The notes beneath the pieces are model-generated. The model saw only the letters and a list, made by a program, of their open reading frames with translations. It did not search any database and was not told where the DNA came from. Shown here one piece after another: positions 45,386-55,825 of a DNA stretch of 64,000 nt; within the stretch, counting starts at the first letter, position 1, and each line of letters opens with the position of its first letter. Where the stretch lies: contig CAWCKY010000001.1 of NCBI GenBank assembly GCA_963796275.1, positions 448,001 to 512,000 on the forward strand, written 5' to 3'. A program made the position numbers and the translations under genes. The DNA is from an uncultured Acidobacteriota bacterium (GTDB lineage Bacteria; Acidobacteriota; Blastocatellia; RBC074).

Positions 45386-46390
45386 TCAAACGCGAAAATG
45401 ATCGTATCCGTGAACTAATAAAGGCTTAACATCATCGTTTTTTCGCAGCAGTATGCGACTGCTGCCGTTTTCGATAATTTCTCCGATGCGCGTCAGCTTG
45501 ACATCGCAGTTTTTCGCTATTTCATACAATCGCGCTACCACATCGTTACTCGCGGTAAAGAGCAATTCGAAATCTTCACCACCATTCACGGCGAGGTCGA
45601 ATGACGATTCCGGGTCCTGAAAAATGAGGCTGACCTCTTCAGCTACCGGCAACGAATCGTAATCGATGATCGCTTCGACGCCGCTCTCCCTGCAAATATG
45701 CGCCAGATCCTGGGCCAAGCCATCGCTCACATCGATCGCCGCCCGAGCTAATCCAGCGATGGCGCGTGCGAAAGCGACGCGCGGCTCGGGCTTTAAATGA
45801 GCGCGCAGGGCATTTTGCAAAAGGCTTTCCTCATTCTCATTAACTCGCTCGCCTCGCTCAAGCAATTTCAATCCGGCAGCGGAAGCTCCAAGTTGTCCGG
45901 TGACGAAAATAGAATCGCCCGTGCGGGCGCCGCCCCGCCGCAACGCTTGGCCGGAAGGGCAGTGTCCGATCACGAATGAATCGATGGCAAGTCGATCGGG
46001 TGTAGACGACAGATCGCCGCCGATCAATGTCACGCCATGGATATCGGCTAATGCGAAGTAACCGGCGAAAAACTCCTCCCAGAAGGCTGTGGATGTGCGG
46101 CTGGGTTGGGGAATTCCGAGCGTCAGGAGTGAATAGCGCGGCGTTCCGCCCATCGCCGAAATGTCGCTCAGACTGACCGCGAGAGATTTATGGCCCAACC
46201 AGAGAGGGATCGTATATTCAAGTTTAAAATCGATTTCTTCGACCAGGAGATCGACGCTGAGCAGCGTCTCACGACCGGATTGTTCGCGCAGGATCGCCGC
46301 ATCATCGCCGATGCCAAGGATGAGGTCTGCGGAATTTCGTTTAGCAGCTTGCTCGCGGATGCGGTTGATAAACTCGAATTCACTTCGCAT
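45386..46390 (-). CDS. thiL: Thiamine-monophosphate kinase
   Basis: EFEFI, GIGDDAA, SDISAMG, DVSDGL, GGEDFELLF. Confidence 0.95.
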   Translation of the reverse strand: MRSEFEFINRIREQAAKRNSADLILGIGDDAAILREQSGRETLLSVDLLVEEIDFKLEYTIPLWLGHKSLAVSLSDISAMGGTPRYSLLTLGIPQPSRTSTAFWEEFFAGYFALADIHGVTLIGGDLSSTPDRLAIDSFVIGHCPSGQALRRGGARTGDSIFVTGQLGASAAGLKLLERGERVNENEESLLQNALRAHLKPEPRVAFARAIAGLARAAIDVSDGLAQDLAHICRESGVEAIIDYDSLPVAEEVSLIFQDPESSFDLAVNGGEDFELLFTASNDVVARLYEIAKNCDVKLTRIGEIIENGSSRILLRKNDDVKPLLVHGYDHFRV

Positions 46391-46399
46391 GGTCAAGAA

Positions 46400-46506
46400 A
46401 GTTTTCAGTTTTCAGTTTTCAGTTTTTAGTTTTCAGATCGCTGTCCATGGCTGCATCTCTAAATTGATGTAACTCAGACTGTGGGCGGCGAACTGAAAAC
46501 TGAAAA
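46400..46506. repeat. ~105-bp heptamer-flanked MITE-like element, inverted copy at 48399-48503
   Basis: The reverse complement aligns with 48399-48503 (agttcgc...agttRcatcaattt..agaga...acagcga.ctgaaaactg). Confidence 0.7.
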
Positions 46507-46740
46507 TAACCGCTCAGCCTCTTCGCCGCATTTAGCGGGCGGTTGATTTAAGAGATGTGAATAAGATATCTGAACCTTGGACAGCGAACTGAAAACTGTA
46601 GTAACCGCTCAGTCTCTTCGCCGCGTAAGCGACGGTTGAATTAAGAGATGTGAACCAATAAAGATATCTGAACCTTGGACAGCGAACTGAAATCTGTAGT
46701 AACCGCTCAGCCTCTTCGCCGCGTAAGCGGCGGTTGATTG
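46491..46740. repeat. Tandem ~96-98-bp repeat, about 2.6 copies
   Basis: Units start at 46491, 46587 and 46685 (aactgaaa..taaccgctcag.ctcttcgccgc...agatatctgaaccttggacagcg). Confidence 0.9.
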
Positions 46741-46760
46741 TAGCCGTGGGTTTTAACCCA

Positions 46761-48154
46761 CTGGTATCTACACAAGTTTTTGCGTTTGGTTGCAAAGAGT
46801 TATCGCAATCAAACCTACCGAAAGAATATGCTCTTTGAATGTTTCTCCTCAAACCTCCATTTGACCCCCGTTTGCAAAGACGGTATGAGAGGCTGGTGAA
46901 TGAACATCTCCATACAAGCGAGAATCAAGCTGCTGGATCGCGTGCGCTGCCGAGCGTTAATGAAGCGTTTGCCAGCACGCAAGCGGCCTGGCGATTTTAT
47001 GCCAACCCCAATGTGAGGCTGACGGGGCTGGTCGAACCGTTGGTAGAACAAGCTCGGCGGGAGATGCCGCTTGTCTGTCGACGGTATGGACTGGCGATCC
47101 ACGACTGGTCTGATCTGCGCTACGGAACGCACACGAGCAAGAATGATCGGAAAAAAATCGGCAGCGACTTGGGCTACAAACTGGCGACCACCTTGCTGCT
47201 GAGCGACCAGAGCGGGGCGCCGATAGCGCCGATCAGCCTTGGGCTGTGGGCCAATGATGGATGGCACACAACGCTTGATGAAGAGAGGCACAGAGATTGG
47301 TCGCCCCTGGGATTGGTGAGCCAGACAATGCGGGCTTCGCAGAAGCAAAAACTGTCGTTGCCGCTGGTCCACATCATTGATCGGGAAGGCGACTCGATCT
47401 TTCACTATCGTCAATGGAATAGTGAAGGCCATCTGTTTGAAGTACGTGCCAACGGGGAACAGAGAGTTGTTTGGCAGGAGCGGACACAACCGTTGAGCCA
47501 GGTCGCAGCACAGGTCGCCTTGCGCGCTAGCCAAGCGGTAGAGATTTCGGCCAATCTCATTGGGCAACTGTTTGTGGGCGAAACCAGCATCGTCATTGAT
47601 CGTCCGGCCTTTCCCCGCGCGCGCGACGGGGGCAAGCGTCAATGGATCAAAGGTGAGCCGCTCGAACTGCGCTTGATTGTCTGTCAACTGCGCTTGCCCG
47701 ATGAAACGATTGCGGCTGAATGGTACTTGCTCAGTAACGTGCCGGCTGGCATCAGCGCTGAGCAACTGGCCGAATGGTACTACTGGCGCTGGAGAATTGA
47801 ATCTTACTTCAAGTTGCTTAAAAGTCATGGTTTCCAAGTCGACCAGTGGCAGCAGGAAACTGCTGAGGCGATTGCCAAACGTTTGTTGGTGGCGGCCATG
47901 GCTTGTGTCGTAGTCTGGCACATCCAACGCGCAACGGATCCGCAGACGGTCACCCTGCGCAATTTCTCTTGGTCCGATTGAGCGGTCGACAAGTTCGGCG
48001 TGGGCAACCCACTGCACCAGCATTGTTGGCTGGGTTTTGGAGTTTCTTGTCGACACTTGAATTGCTCGAACATTATGACCTCAATGACCTTAAACAGATG
48101 GCCCGGCTCATTGTGCCAGGCTATTCCTAACCGTCGGAAATGTGTAGATACCAG
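46761..48154 (+). mobile_element. IS4-family (IS50/Tn5-like) insertion sequence
   Basis: 14-bp perfect terminal IRs CTGGTATCTACACA/TGTGTAGATACCAG; duplicated target TGGGTTTTAACCCA. Confidence 0.92.
46839..48130 (+). pseudogene. IS4/IS50-group transposase, frameshifted near 47965 (or sequencing error)
   Basis: DPRLQRR, AWRFYAN, IHDWS, IDREGD, YYWRWRIESYFKLLKS (YREK); the C-terminus LVRLSGRQ...GFW is in another frame. Confidence 0.85.
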
Positions 48155-48515
48155 TGGGTTTTAACCCACGGTGGGGGTAGATTTTTTTCACGTCGCGTCA
48201 GCGACGGTTGAATTCAGGCGTCGCTAACGCGACGCGGAACATCTTTCAAGCCTTCCGTGGGTTAAAACCCACGGCTATAATCAACCGCCGCTAACGCGGC
48301 GAGAGGCTGAGCAGTTGCAAATGAAAAACTCCAGTTTTACCGCCGCGCACAGCTTGACCCGTCTTGATAAAGCTCTCAGCCATGCGCTGTATATCGGACA
48401 GTTTTCAGTTTTTAGTTCGCTATCAACCGTCTAAGTTGCATCAATTTAAGAGACGTGAATAAGATATCTGAACCGTGTACAGCGAACTGAAAACTGAAAA
48501 CTGTTTTTGGGTGAA

Positions 48516-51497
48516 TCAGTTTTTACCGCCGCGCACTACGCCGCGACCGGCTTGACCCGTCTTGATAAAGCTCTCAGCCATGCGCTGAATATCGGCCTTT
48601 TTTACAGCTCGAATGGCGTCCGGCTGGGTTTCAATCTCTGTCGCCTTACGCCCGAAGATGACTGCTTTCGCATATTCCAGCGAACGTTCGGGATGCGATT
48701 GCAATGCGATGGCATAACGGCCGATCGCTGCGTTTCGCCCTTCCTCAAATTCATCATCGGAAGGAGGAGCCGCCGCCAGCCGCTGCAATCCCGCGATCGC
48801 CGCCTCGCGCGCCCGCCCCTCGCTCTCAGGTAACGTCGCGAAGCTAAGGTAGAATGCGCCCGATGCCAGCCTCTGCTCCAACTCGACTTTGACCGCGTCG
48901 GTCAAACCCAGTTTGTCGCGAATCTCGTCGACCAGTTTCCCCGATGTTGTCAACTGCGCCAGCATCTCCGCGGCATAGAGGTCATTCGATGCCGTTGCTG
49001 CGCCGCCTTGCTGCGCGGGCACTCGAAACCCAATTGCTTGCGCAGTCAATCGATTCCCCCGCTGTTCGGCCTGCTCCTCCGGCGGAGCGGGAGAGATCGG
49101 CAGGTTGACTTTGAGCGATTTATCGAGTTCGCTGCGTCTCAGCCGTTCGGAGAATACCCTCGATACGAGGGCCGAGCCGTCCGTATCCCCGACCAGCGTT
49201 ATGAGCGGATACTGTTTTTTGATAGTTTTGCTATGCCAATCCTCCAACTTTTCATCGGTGGCGGTTTTGACCACTTGCGGCAGACCGTATCGGGGCAGAC
49301 CGTATGGATGGCCCGGATAGAGCGAAAGCCACATCAACTCCAGCGCGCGCGCATCCTCATCGTCCCGCTGCCGATTTTGATCCGCCAGTTGTAATATGCG
49401 TTCCTTCGCTATTTCTTCTTTGTCGAAGAATGGACTATCGACGATCTCCAACAGTAATTTGACGGCGTTCTCGGCATTCCGCGAGAGGACATCGAGCGTA
49501 AAACCGAAATAGTCGGGCTCGTTAACGATGTGTAGCTTGCCACCATAGCTTTCGATTTCGAGCGCGATCAGATCGGCCTTGCGCGCCGTCGTGCTTTTGA
49601 GCATCGAGCGCAGCATCAATTCCGTCATCCCGCTGGTCGACTGGTCTTCGATCAATCGTCCGCCCTGGAAGAGCATGCTCACCGTAAGCGTGGGTTGAGC
49701 TTTGTCCTCGCGCACATAAACGCGCGGGCCGCGCAATACCGAGAAATCTTTGATAGGCAAAGGCACCGAAGCGATGATGATGTTCTGACCTTCCGTCGAC
49801 GGCGCGCGCTCTGCGCCCTGCGTGAAAGTCTTGAGCGCAACGGCAGGCTTGATCTCCTCCGGCTTGATCGGCTGTACTGCGCCGGCGGCGAACGTCGTGA
49901 GCAATTCGGCAAACTTCTCAGGCGTAAAGGTGCGGGCTTGCGCATTGCGCGGCTCGTATTCGACAACCGTCGTATTTGCGAGCGTCAGATAGTTCGCTGC
50001 CGCCGCTTGAATATCCTGGGCGGTTACAGCCCCATAGCGTGATAGGCTGGAGTCGAAGAAGCGGTAGTCGCCGAGCTGCGCCTCACATTTCGCCAGCGTC
50101 TCCGTCTCCTTTTCATATTGTAAGATCGTTTCGTAATAACTCTTCTCCAACATAGCGCGGGCGCGTTCCAGTTCGCCATCTCCTATCAGTTCGCGGCGGA
50201 ACCGTTCGATCTCCCGGAAATATTCGGCTTCGGCGCGATCTATGCGATCGGGATCGACGCGCAACTGAACAACGAGCATTCCTGCGCCCGGCAGTACTAT
50301 GAATTCGGCACCTGTCTCGATCGCAACGCTCGATTTGTCGCGCGACGCCAATCCTTCGCGCAATCCCTGCCATAGGCGCGAGCTGTTTCCCAGACCCAGG
50401 ACGGCCGCCATCATCCGCATCGTCGCCAGCTCTTTCAGGCCATCTTTATCCGCCTTGAATGCGGGCGTGCGATAACCTATGGTGATGTAACTCTGACTGA
50501 GATCGGCCCGCTCATTGGCGTAGCGCAGTTTGTCTTGCTGAGGCTCCTCGGGATTGGGCGAATACGTATCTTGCGCCGCAGAAGGGGCGAGGGCTGTTTC
50601 ACCAGGCTTCGCCGTGCGAGCGGCCGCCCGCGAGGCGGACTGCGCAGGTGCCGCCTTTGTCGTAGGCGCCGATGTCTTGAACGATCCGAAATGCAATTGA
50701 ACCTGCCCCAGAGCCTTGATCGAGAAGATATCTCCGATGACGGTGACGATCGTATTACCCGGTTGATAGAAGGTTTGATAGAAAGTTTGCAGTTGATCGG
50801 GGGTCACCGACGCAAGCATCGATTCGGATACGCTGCCGCCGCGGTTCAACCGATTTGTAGTAAATGCCGTCGCATAAAGTTTTTCGACCGCGGTCGATTC
50901 GGACCGGTCCCTTCTGCTCTCAATGATCACCAATTGCGCGGTCCTCTTCAGGTCGCTCGGGTTGAACGCAGGCCGTTGAATGAGATCGGCCAGCAGTTCA
51001 ATGATCGCCTGATAGCTCTCGGCCGGGGCGATGATGTTGAAAGAAGTGTGATTATATGAAACCTGCGAAGTGAGGACCCCGCCGAGCCGCGCGACCTCTT
51101 TCTCGACCGCTGTTCCCGATCGTTTAGCCGTTCCGTTCAAGATCATTTGACGGGCGAGCTGCGCCATGCCCGCCTTTTCGTCGGACTCATTGACCGTCCC
51201 CGTCTTGACCGTGACATTCACCGAAACGAGCGGCGATGAATGGCGTTCGCGGATGATCGTGGTTAAGCCGTTCTTCAGGATAAACCGCGATGTCGATCCA
51301 TCGAGGTCCTGCTTGACCAGCTTACCGCCCTCCGGAATTCCGAGCACTGTCGTACCAGGCGCGTTGGGTTTAGTGGTGGGCTTAGGCTGCGGCGGCGAGG
51401 TAGACGGTCGACCGCGGCCGCTTTGCCCGAATGTGTTGATGGTAGACAACGAGATCAATATGAAAATGAAGGCTGTGTACTTGATCCTGCGATACAT
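48516..51497 (-). CDS. M16 (pitrilysin-like) peptidase homolog with degenerate active site
   Basis: LKNGLT, YQPGNT, HPYG motifs in two halves; HXXEH replaced by QLARQ. Confidence 0.85.
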   Translation of the reverse strand: MYRRIKYTAFIFILISLSTINTFGQSGRGRPSTSPPQPKPTTKPNAPGTTVLGIPEGGKLVKQDLDGSTSRFILKNGLTTIIRERHSSPLVSVNVTVKTGTVNESDEKAGMAQLARQMILNGTAKRSGTAVEKEVARLGGVLTSQVSYNHTSFNIIAPAESYQAIIELLADLIQRPAFNPSDLKRTAQLVIIESRRDRSESTAVEKLYATAFTTNRLNRGGSVSESMLASVTPDQLQTFYQTFYQPGNTIVTVIGDIFSIKALGQVQLHFGSFKTSAPTTKAAPAQSASRAAARTAKPGETALAPSAAQDTYSPNPEEPQQDKLRYANERADLSQSYITIGYRTPAFKADKDGLKELATMRMMAAVLGLGNSSRLWQGLREGLASRDKSSVAIETGAEFIVLPGAGMLVVQLRVDPDRIDRAEAEYFREIERFRRELIGDGELERARAMLEKSYYETILQYEKETETLAKCEAQLGDYRFFDSSLSRYGAVTAQDIQAAAANYLTLANTTVVEYEPRNAQARTFTPEKFAELLTTFAAGAVQPIKPEEIKPAVALKTFTQGAERAPSTEGQNIIIASVPLPIKDFSVLRGPRVYVREDKAQPTLTVSMLFQGGRLIEDQSTSGMTELMLRSMLKSTTARKADLIALEIESYGGKLHIVNEPDYFGFTLDVLSRNAENAVKLLLEIVDSPFFDKEEIAKERILQLADQNRQRDDEDARALELMWLSLYPGHPYGLPRYGLPQVVKTATDEKLEDWHSKTIKKQYPLITLVGDTDGSALVSRVFSERLRRSELDKSLKVNLPISPAPPEEQAEQRGNRLTAQAIGFRVPAQQGGAATASNDLYAAEMLAQLTTSGKLVDEIRDKLGLTDAVKVELEQRLASGAFYLSFATLPESEGRAREAAIAGLQRLAAAPPSDDEFEEGRNAAIGRYAIALQSHPERSLEYAKAVIFGRKATEIETQPDAIRAVKKADIQRMAESFIKTGQAGRGVVRGGKN

Positions 51498-51746
51498 CTC
51501 TGATCCCTCTTATAGTTGAATTTTTCATGTAAAACTTTAGCACGAAAAAAGCTAAATACAACAGGCACAGGATGCAATGCCATGAGGGAAAAGCGCCGTA
51601 CATCGTATTAGTAAGTTTTACCAATCGACAAATTAGGGGGCGGAGCCTTTTTGATTAGGCGGCGAACCGAATTCTTATGGAACTCAAGGCTGCGCCATCC
51701 TGTGATTCGCTGTGTTAAGCTAAATTCCGGTGAGTCAATCGGAGTT

Positions 51747-52161
51747 CTAAGAACCGGAGAAGGCAATTATGGGGTAAAACCACCAACATTCACACGATGA
51801 CAGAGAATCCGAGGAAACGCCCGCGGTTGCCGCCCCGTTCTCCCAAATATTCTTTGCGGCGTATCCCTTATCAATCTGTTTCACATCGCTGAACTGAAAT
51901 GTGTAGGAGGTCTTCCGGTCGACCTCGGCGACGTCAAAATCGCGAACGCAAATGCGTTGCACAAAACCGTGATATTTTTTCCCATTTTTTAGGACAACTG
52001 TGATATTTTCCCTGACACCTAATTTGTTGATTTTCGTTTTACCTTCCCGAGTTGCGGATCCGAAGTCTTCTGGACTTGGATACTATCGGCTCCCAGATAG
52101 TCCGGAAGCAGGGCGGTTAATTCGAAAGCATAACTAATGGGTTCATACGCTTTTTATACAT
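51747..52161 (-). pseudogene. Decayed small secreted-protein gene
   Basis: AGGAGG RBS and ATG at 52161; fragments LTALLPDYL..GKVK / TKINKLGVRENITVVLKNGKKYHGFV lie in different frames. Confidence 0.6.
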
Positions 52162-52473
52162 CTCACAATTCCTCCTGATAGAAAGCTCAGATCGGTCTTT
52201 ATCGAAGTTGAAGGCAAAAAGGATGTCGGCAGCACACCGTAACTCGGCGTAAGTAAAGAGAGGATTTACTAGAATTATAGCGATGAATGCGGATCGAAAA
52301 ACCAGTTTACTGTCAGGATTTTCCGGCATTGAACGATCACTACAAAAATAACCGCAGATCCCTTAGCTAAGTCCTTTATTTGCTTTTCAACTTACCACTG
52401 GCTGGCTATAATGGGCGTTTTAGTGGAACCGTCCCTAAAAACTATTTTGATCAAAACGAGGTATCACCACAAT

Positions 52474-55050
52474 ATGACTCTGTCCGTCCTTGGCATCTAT
52501 GTTGTTGTGTCTCTTTTCACTATCTGTCTCAAGAGAAAATTATCAGAAACGGTTTTTCGAGTTCGTCGAGCGGCGATCACGACTGCGGCAAGTTTGTTAC
52601 TTTTAGCCCTGGGTTCTTCAGCCGCGCTAGCGCAAACGCAAGCTGAAGGAGCTCCGCACACGCCGGGAGGCGAAGCCAATCTGAAACTGCCTGATCTATC
52701 GCAGGTCGAGTTTTTGGGTGGCACCAATGGGCACTCGCTGCTGCTGATTGGTTTTATCGTCTCGTTCCTGGGCGTAATCTTCGGGTTCGTCATTTTCACG
52801 CAGTTGCGTAAACTGCCCGTGCACCAGTCGATGCGCGAAATCTCGGAGTTGATCTACGAGACCTGCAAAACTTATCTGATTACTCAGGGTAAATTCCTGA
52901 TACTTCTCGAAATATTCATCGCAGTAATCATAATGCTCTATTTCGGCTTCCTGCTGGCCTTCCCAATCTACAAAGTGGGAATAATTCTGGTCTTCAGTAT
53001 GGTCGGGATTCTCGGCAGTTATGGAGTGGCGTGGTTCGGCATCCGCGTCAACACTTATGCCAATTCACGGACGGCATTCGCCAGTCTGGAGGGCCGGCCC
53101 TATCCGCTCTACTCGATACCACTGCGAGCCGGGATGAGCATCGGGATGATGCTCATCAGCATCGAGCTGATGATAATGCTCTTTATCCTGCTGGTCGTGC
53201 CGGGCGATTATGCCGGCCCCTGCTTCATCGGATTTGCCATCGGCGAATCGCTCGGTGCCGCGGCGCTGCGCATCGCGGGGGGCATCTTCACGAAGATCGC
53301 GGATATCGGCTCGGACCTCATGAAGATCGTCTTCGGGATAAAAGAAGACGATGCGCGCAACCCGGGGGTGATTGCGGACTGCACGGGCGACAACGCGGGC
53401 GATTCGGTCGGACCGAGCGCCGATGGCTTCGAGACCTACGGTGTGACGGGCGTTGCTCTCATATCGTTTATCCTGCTCGCCGTCCAGGATACGACCGTGC
53501 AAGTGCAGTTGCTCGTTTGGATCTTCGCGATGCGCATTTTGATGGTCGTCGCATCGGCCGGGTCGTATCTGTTAAACGAGGCATTCACCAAGGCGAAATA
53601 TGGTCGAGCGAGGGATATGAATTTTGAGCGACCGTTAACGAACCTGGTCATCATTACATCGGCCATCTCTATCATTTTGACCTTCGTCGCATCGAATCTG
53701 ATGATACCCAGCCTCGGCGGCAACACCGATCTCTGGTGGCAGCTCTCGATCATCATTTCGTGCGGCACCGCCGCCGGCGCGATCATCCCCGAAATGGTCA
53801 AAGTCTTCACCTCGGTCGAATCGCGCCACGTCAGCGAAGTCGTCACCTCATCGAGAGAAGGCGGCTCATCGCTCAACATCCTGTCGGGCTTTGTTGCCGG
53901 TAACTTTTCTTCATTCTGGCTGGGCATGGGTATCGTCGGTCTGATGTCGATCGCATTTGCGTTCAGCACGCAGGGGCTGCAACTTTTGATGCCCGCCCCC
54001 GCGGTCTTCGCTTTCGGGTTGGTGGCATTCGGTTTTTTGGGAATGGGGCCGGTGACGATCGCCGTCGACTCTTACGGTCCGGTCACCGACAACGCGCAAT
54101 CGGTGTATGAGCTCTCACTGATCGAGAACATCCCCAATGTAAGGGCCGAGCTTCAAAACGAACACGGATTTACGGTGGACTTCGAGCGCGCCAAGCATTT
54201 GTTGGAAGAGAACGACGGCGCGGGGAACACTTTCAAAGCCACCGCGAAACCAGTTCTGATCGGCACCGCTGTTGTAGGCGCGACGACGATGATCTTTTCG
54301 ATCATCATGGCTCTGACTCAGGGTCTGACGCTCTACCTGGACAAACTCTCGCTGCTGCATGCGCCGTTTGTCCTCGGACTTATCACCGGTGGAGCGATCA
54401 TTTACTGGTTCACGGGCGCATCGACGCAGGCCGTTACGACGGGTGCATACCGCGCGGTGGAATTCATTAAAGCGAACATCAGGCTGGAAGGTGTCGAGAA
54501 GGCGTCGGTCGAAGACAGCAAGAAGGTGGTCGAAATCTGCACACAATATGCGCAGAAGGGAATGTTCAACATCTTCCTGACGATCTTCTTCATAACGCTG
54601 GCTTTCGCCTTCGTCGATCCGTTCTTTTTCATCGGCTACCTGATTTCTATTGCGATCTTCGGGTTATATCAGGCGATCTTCATGGCGAACGCGGGAGGCG
54701 CCTGGGACAACGCGAAGAAAGTCGTCGAAGTCGATCTCAAGGCGAAAGGGACGGCGCTGCATGCAGCGACGGTCGTCGGCGATACGGTCGGCGATCCCTT
54801 CAAGGACACCTCGTCGGTAGCGCTGAACCCTGTCATCAAGTTCACTACCCTCTTCGGATTGCTGGCGGTAGAACTGGCCGTCAGTCTGAAGAACCAGCAG
54901 GGTTCGGAGTTCGGCCATATTATGGCTGCGATCTTCTTGCTGATCGCGCTCTTCTTCGTCCATCGTTCGTTCTATGGAATGCGGATCGGCATGGAGAAGC
55001 ACACAGGCGGCGAAATCAAAGAGGTGGTCGATCCGGTATCGCGGCGGTAA
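52474..55050 (+). CDS. hppA: Membrane-bound ion-translocating pyrophosphatase, K+-independent type
   Basis: GGIFTKIADIGSDLMK, EDDARNPGVIADCTGDNAGD, GNTFKA, GDTVGDPFKD; TATAAT at 52407 suggests the start is at 52474. Confidence 0.93.
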   Translation: MTLSVLGIYVVVSLFTICLKRKLSETVFRVRRAAITTAASLLLLALGSSAALAQTQAEGAPHTPGGEANLKLPDLSQVEFLGGTNGHSLLLIGFIVSFLGVIFGFVIFTQLRKLPVHQSMREISELIYETCKTYLITQGKFLILLEIFIAVIIMLYFGFLLAFPIYKVGIILVFSMVGILGSYGVAWFGIRVNTYANSRTAFASLEGRPYPLYSIPLRAGMSIGMMLISIELMIMLFILLVVPGDYAGPCFIGFAIGESLGAAALRIAGGIFTKIADIGSDLMKIVFGIKEDDARNPGVIADCTGDNAGDSVGPSADGFETYGVTGVALISFILLAVQDTTVQVQLLVWIFAMRILMVVASAGSYLLNEAFTKAKYGRARDMNFERPLTNLVIITSAISIILTFVASNLMIPSLGGNTDLWWQLSIIISCGTAAGAIIPEMVKVFTSVESRHVSEVVTSSREGGSSLNILSGFVAGNFSSFWLGMGIVGLMSIAFAFSTQGLQLLMPAPAVFAFGLVAFGFLGMGPVTIAVDSYGPVTDNAQSVYELSLIENIPNVRAELQNEHGFTVDFERAKHLLEENDGAGNTFKATAKPVLIGTAVVGATTMIFSIIMALTQGLTLYLDKLSLLHAPFVLGLITGGAIIYWFTGASTQAVTTGAYRAVEFIKANIRLEGVEKASVEDSKKVVEICTQYAQKGMFNIFLTIFFITLAFAFVDPFFFIGYLISIAIFGLYQAIFMANAGGAWDNAKKVVEVDLKAKGTALHAATVVGDTVGDPFKDTSSVALNPVIKFTTLFGLLAVELAVSLKNQQGSEFGHIMAAIFLLIALFFVHRSFYGMRIGMEKHTGGEIKEVVDPVSRR

Positions 55051-55120
55051 GCGATTGATTTCAGGTCATTAAAAAAGAGATCTGACAAGAACGATCTCAT
55101 TGAAGCGCTGACTGAGCGCC

Positions 55121-55157
55121 AAATAGCCAGGGGCGGAGCGAAAGCCCCTGGCTATTT
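55121..55157. terminator. Bidirectional terminator
   Basis: AAATAGCCAGGGGC / GCCCCTGGCTATTT between convergent genes. Confidence 0.8.
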
Positions 55158-55180
55158 CTATTTAGACTGCGAACGATAGA

Positions 55181-55825
55181 TCACTTTACTGGCAGCACAT
55201 AGAAAACCACCGCGCAGTAATGGCAGATGCTTCCAACTATAACGAAGACGTGCCAGATGGCGTGACTGAAAGGCAGCCTCTCCCATGCATAAAAAACCAG
55301 CCCGGTCATATACGCAACGCCGCCGCTCGCAATTAAAATCAGGCAGCCGAGCGGGATTGAGCTGATAATCGGCTTCGCCGCGATTACTGCCAACCAACCG
55401 ATAATCAGATAGAGCGCCATCGAGACAGCCTTGTATCGATTGACGAAAGCGATCTTGAAGGCGATGCCGAAGAGCGATAGGCTCCAGACAAGGGCCAGGA
55501 GAGTCCAACCCCAAAATCCGCGCAGGTTAATCAACGTAAATGGCGTGTAGGTTCCGGCAATCACCAGATAGATTGCCGTGTGATCGAAGAGTTTGAAAAT
55601 ATGCTTGATGCGCGGATTTTGCACCCCGTGATAGAGCGTGGAAGCCGCATAGACCATAACCAGTGTCGCGCCGTATATGCTGCAGCCGATGAAGTGCAAT
55701 TTGTCGCCTTTGTTCCAGGCGAGAAAAATCAACACCCCCAAACCCGCCAAACTCAGTACAAGCCCAATCCCGTGAGTGAAACTGTTGGCAATTTCCTCAA
55801 TGAGCAACTTCCTTTCATTTTGCAT
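55181..55825 (-). CDS. Hemolysin III / PAQR (TrhA/YqfA) membrane protein
   Basis: EEIANSFTHG, STLYH, DHTAIY..IAGTYTP, HAIWH.FV. Confidence 0.93.
   Translation of the reverse strand: MQNERKLLIEEIANSFTHGIGLVLSLAGLGVLIFLAWNKGDKLHFIGCSIYGATLVMVYAASTLYHGVQNPRIKHIFKLFDHTAIYLVIAGTYTPFTLINLRGFWGWTLLALVWSLSLFGIAFKIAFVNRYKAVSMALYLIIGWLAVIAAKPIISSIPLGCLILIASGGVAYMTGLVFYAWERLPFSHAIWHVFVIVGSICHYCAVVFYVLPVK

Larger units (their letters stand above)
46705..48312. repeat. REP/REPIN-like palindromic element interrupted by the IS
   Basis: Arms gctcagcctc..cgccgcgt.agcggcggttgatt.tagccgtgggttttaacccacgg in inverted orientation, with an inner palindrome at 48190-48235. Confidence 0.85.

Noticed and set aside
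46491-46740. Possible CRISPR array
   Set aside because: The whole ~97-bp unit repeats, with no unique spacers and no cas genes
46815-48056. 413-aa ORF antisense to the transposase, and other long antisense ORFs (e.g. 12293-13234, 1702-2469, 8736-9566)
   Set aside because: Shadow ORFs of well-supported genes in GC-rich DNA, with no motifs
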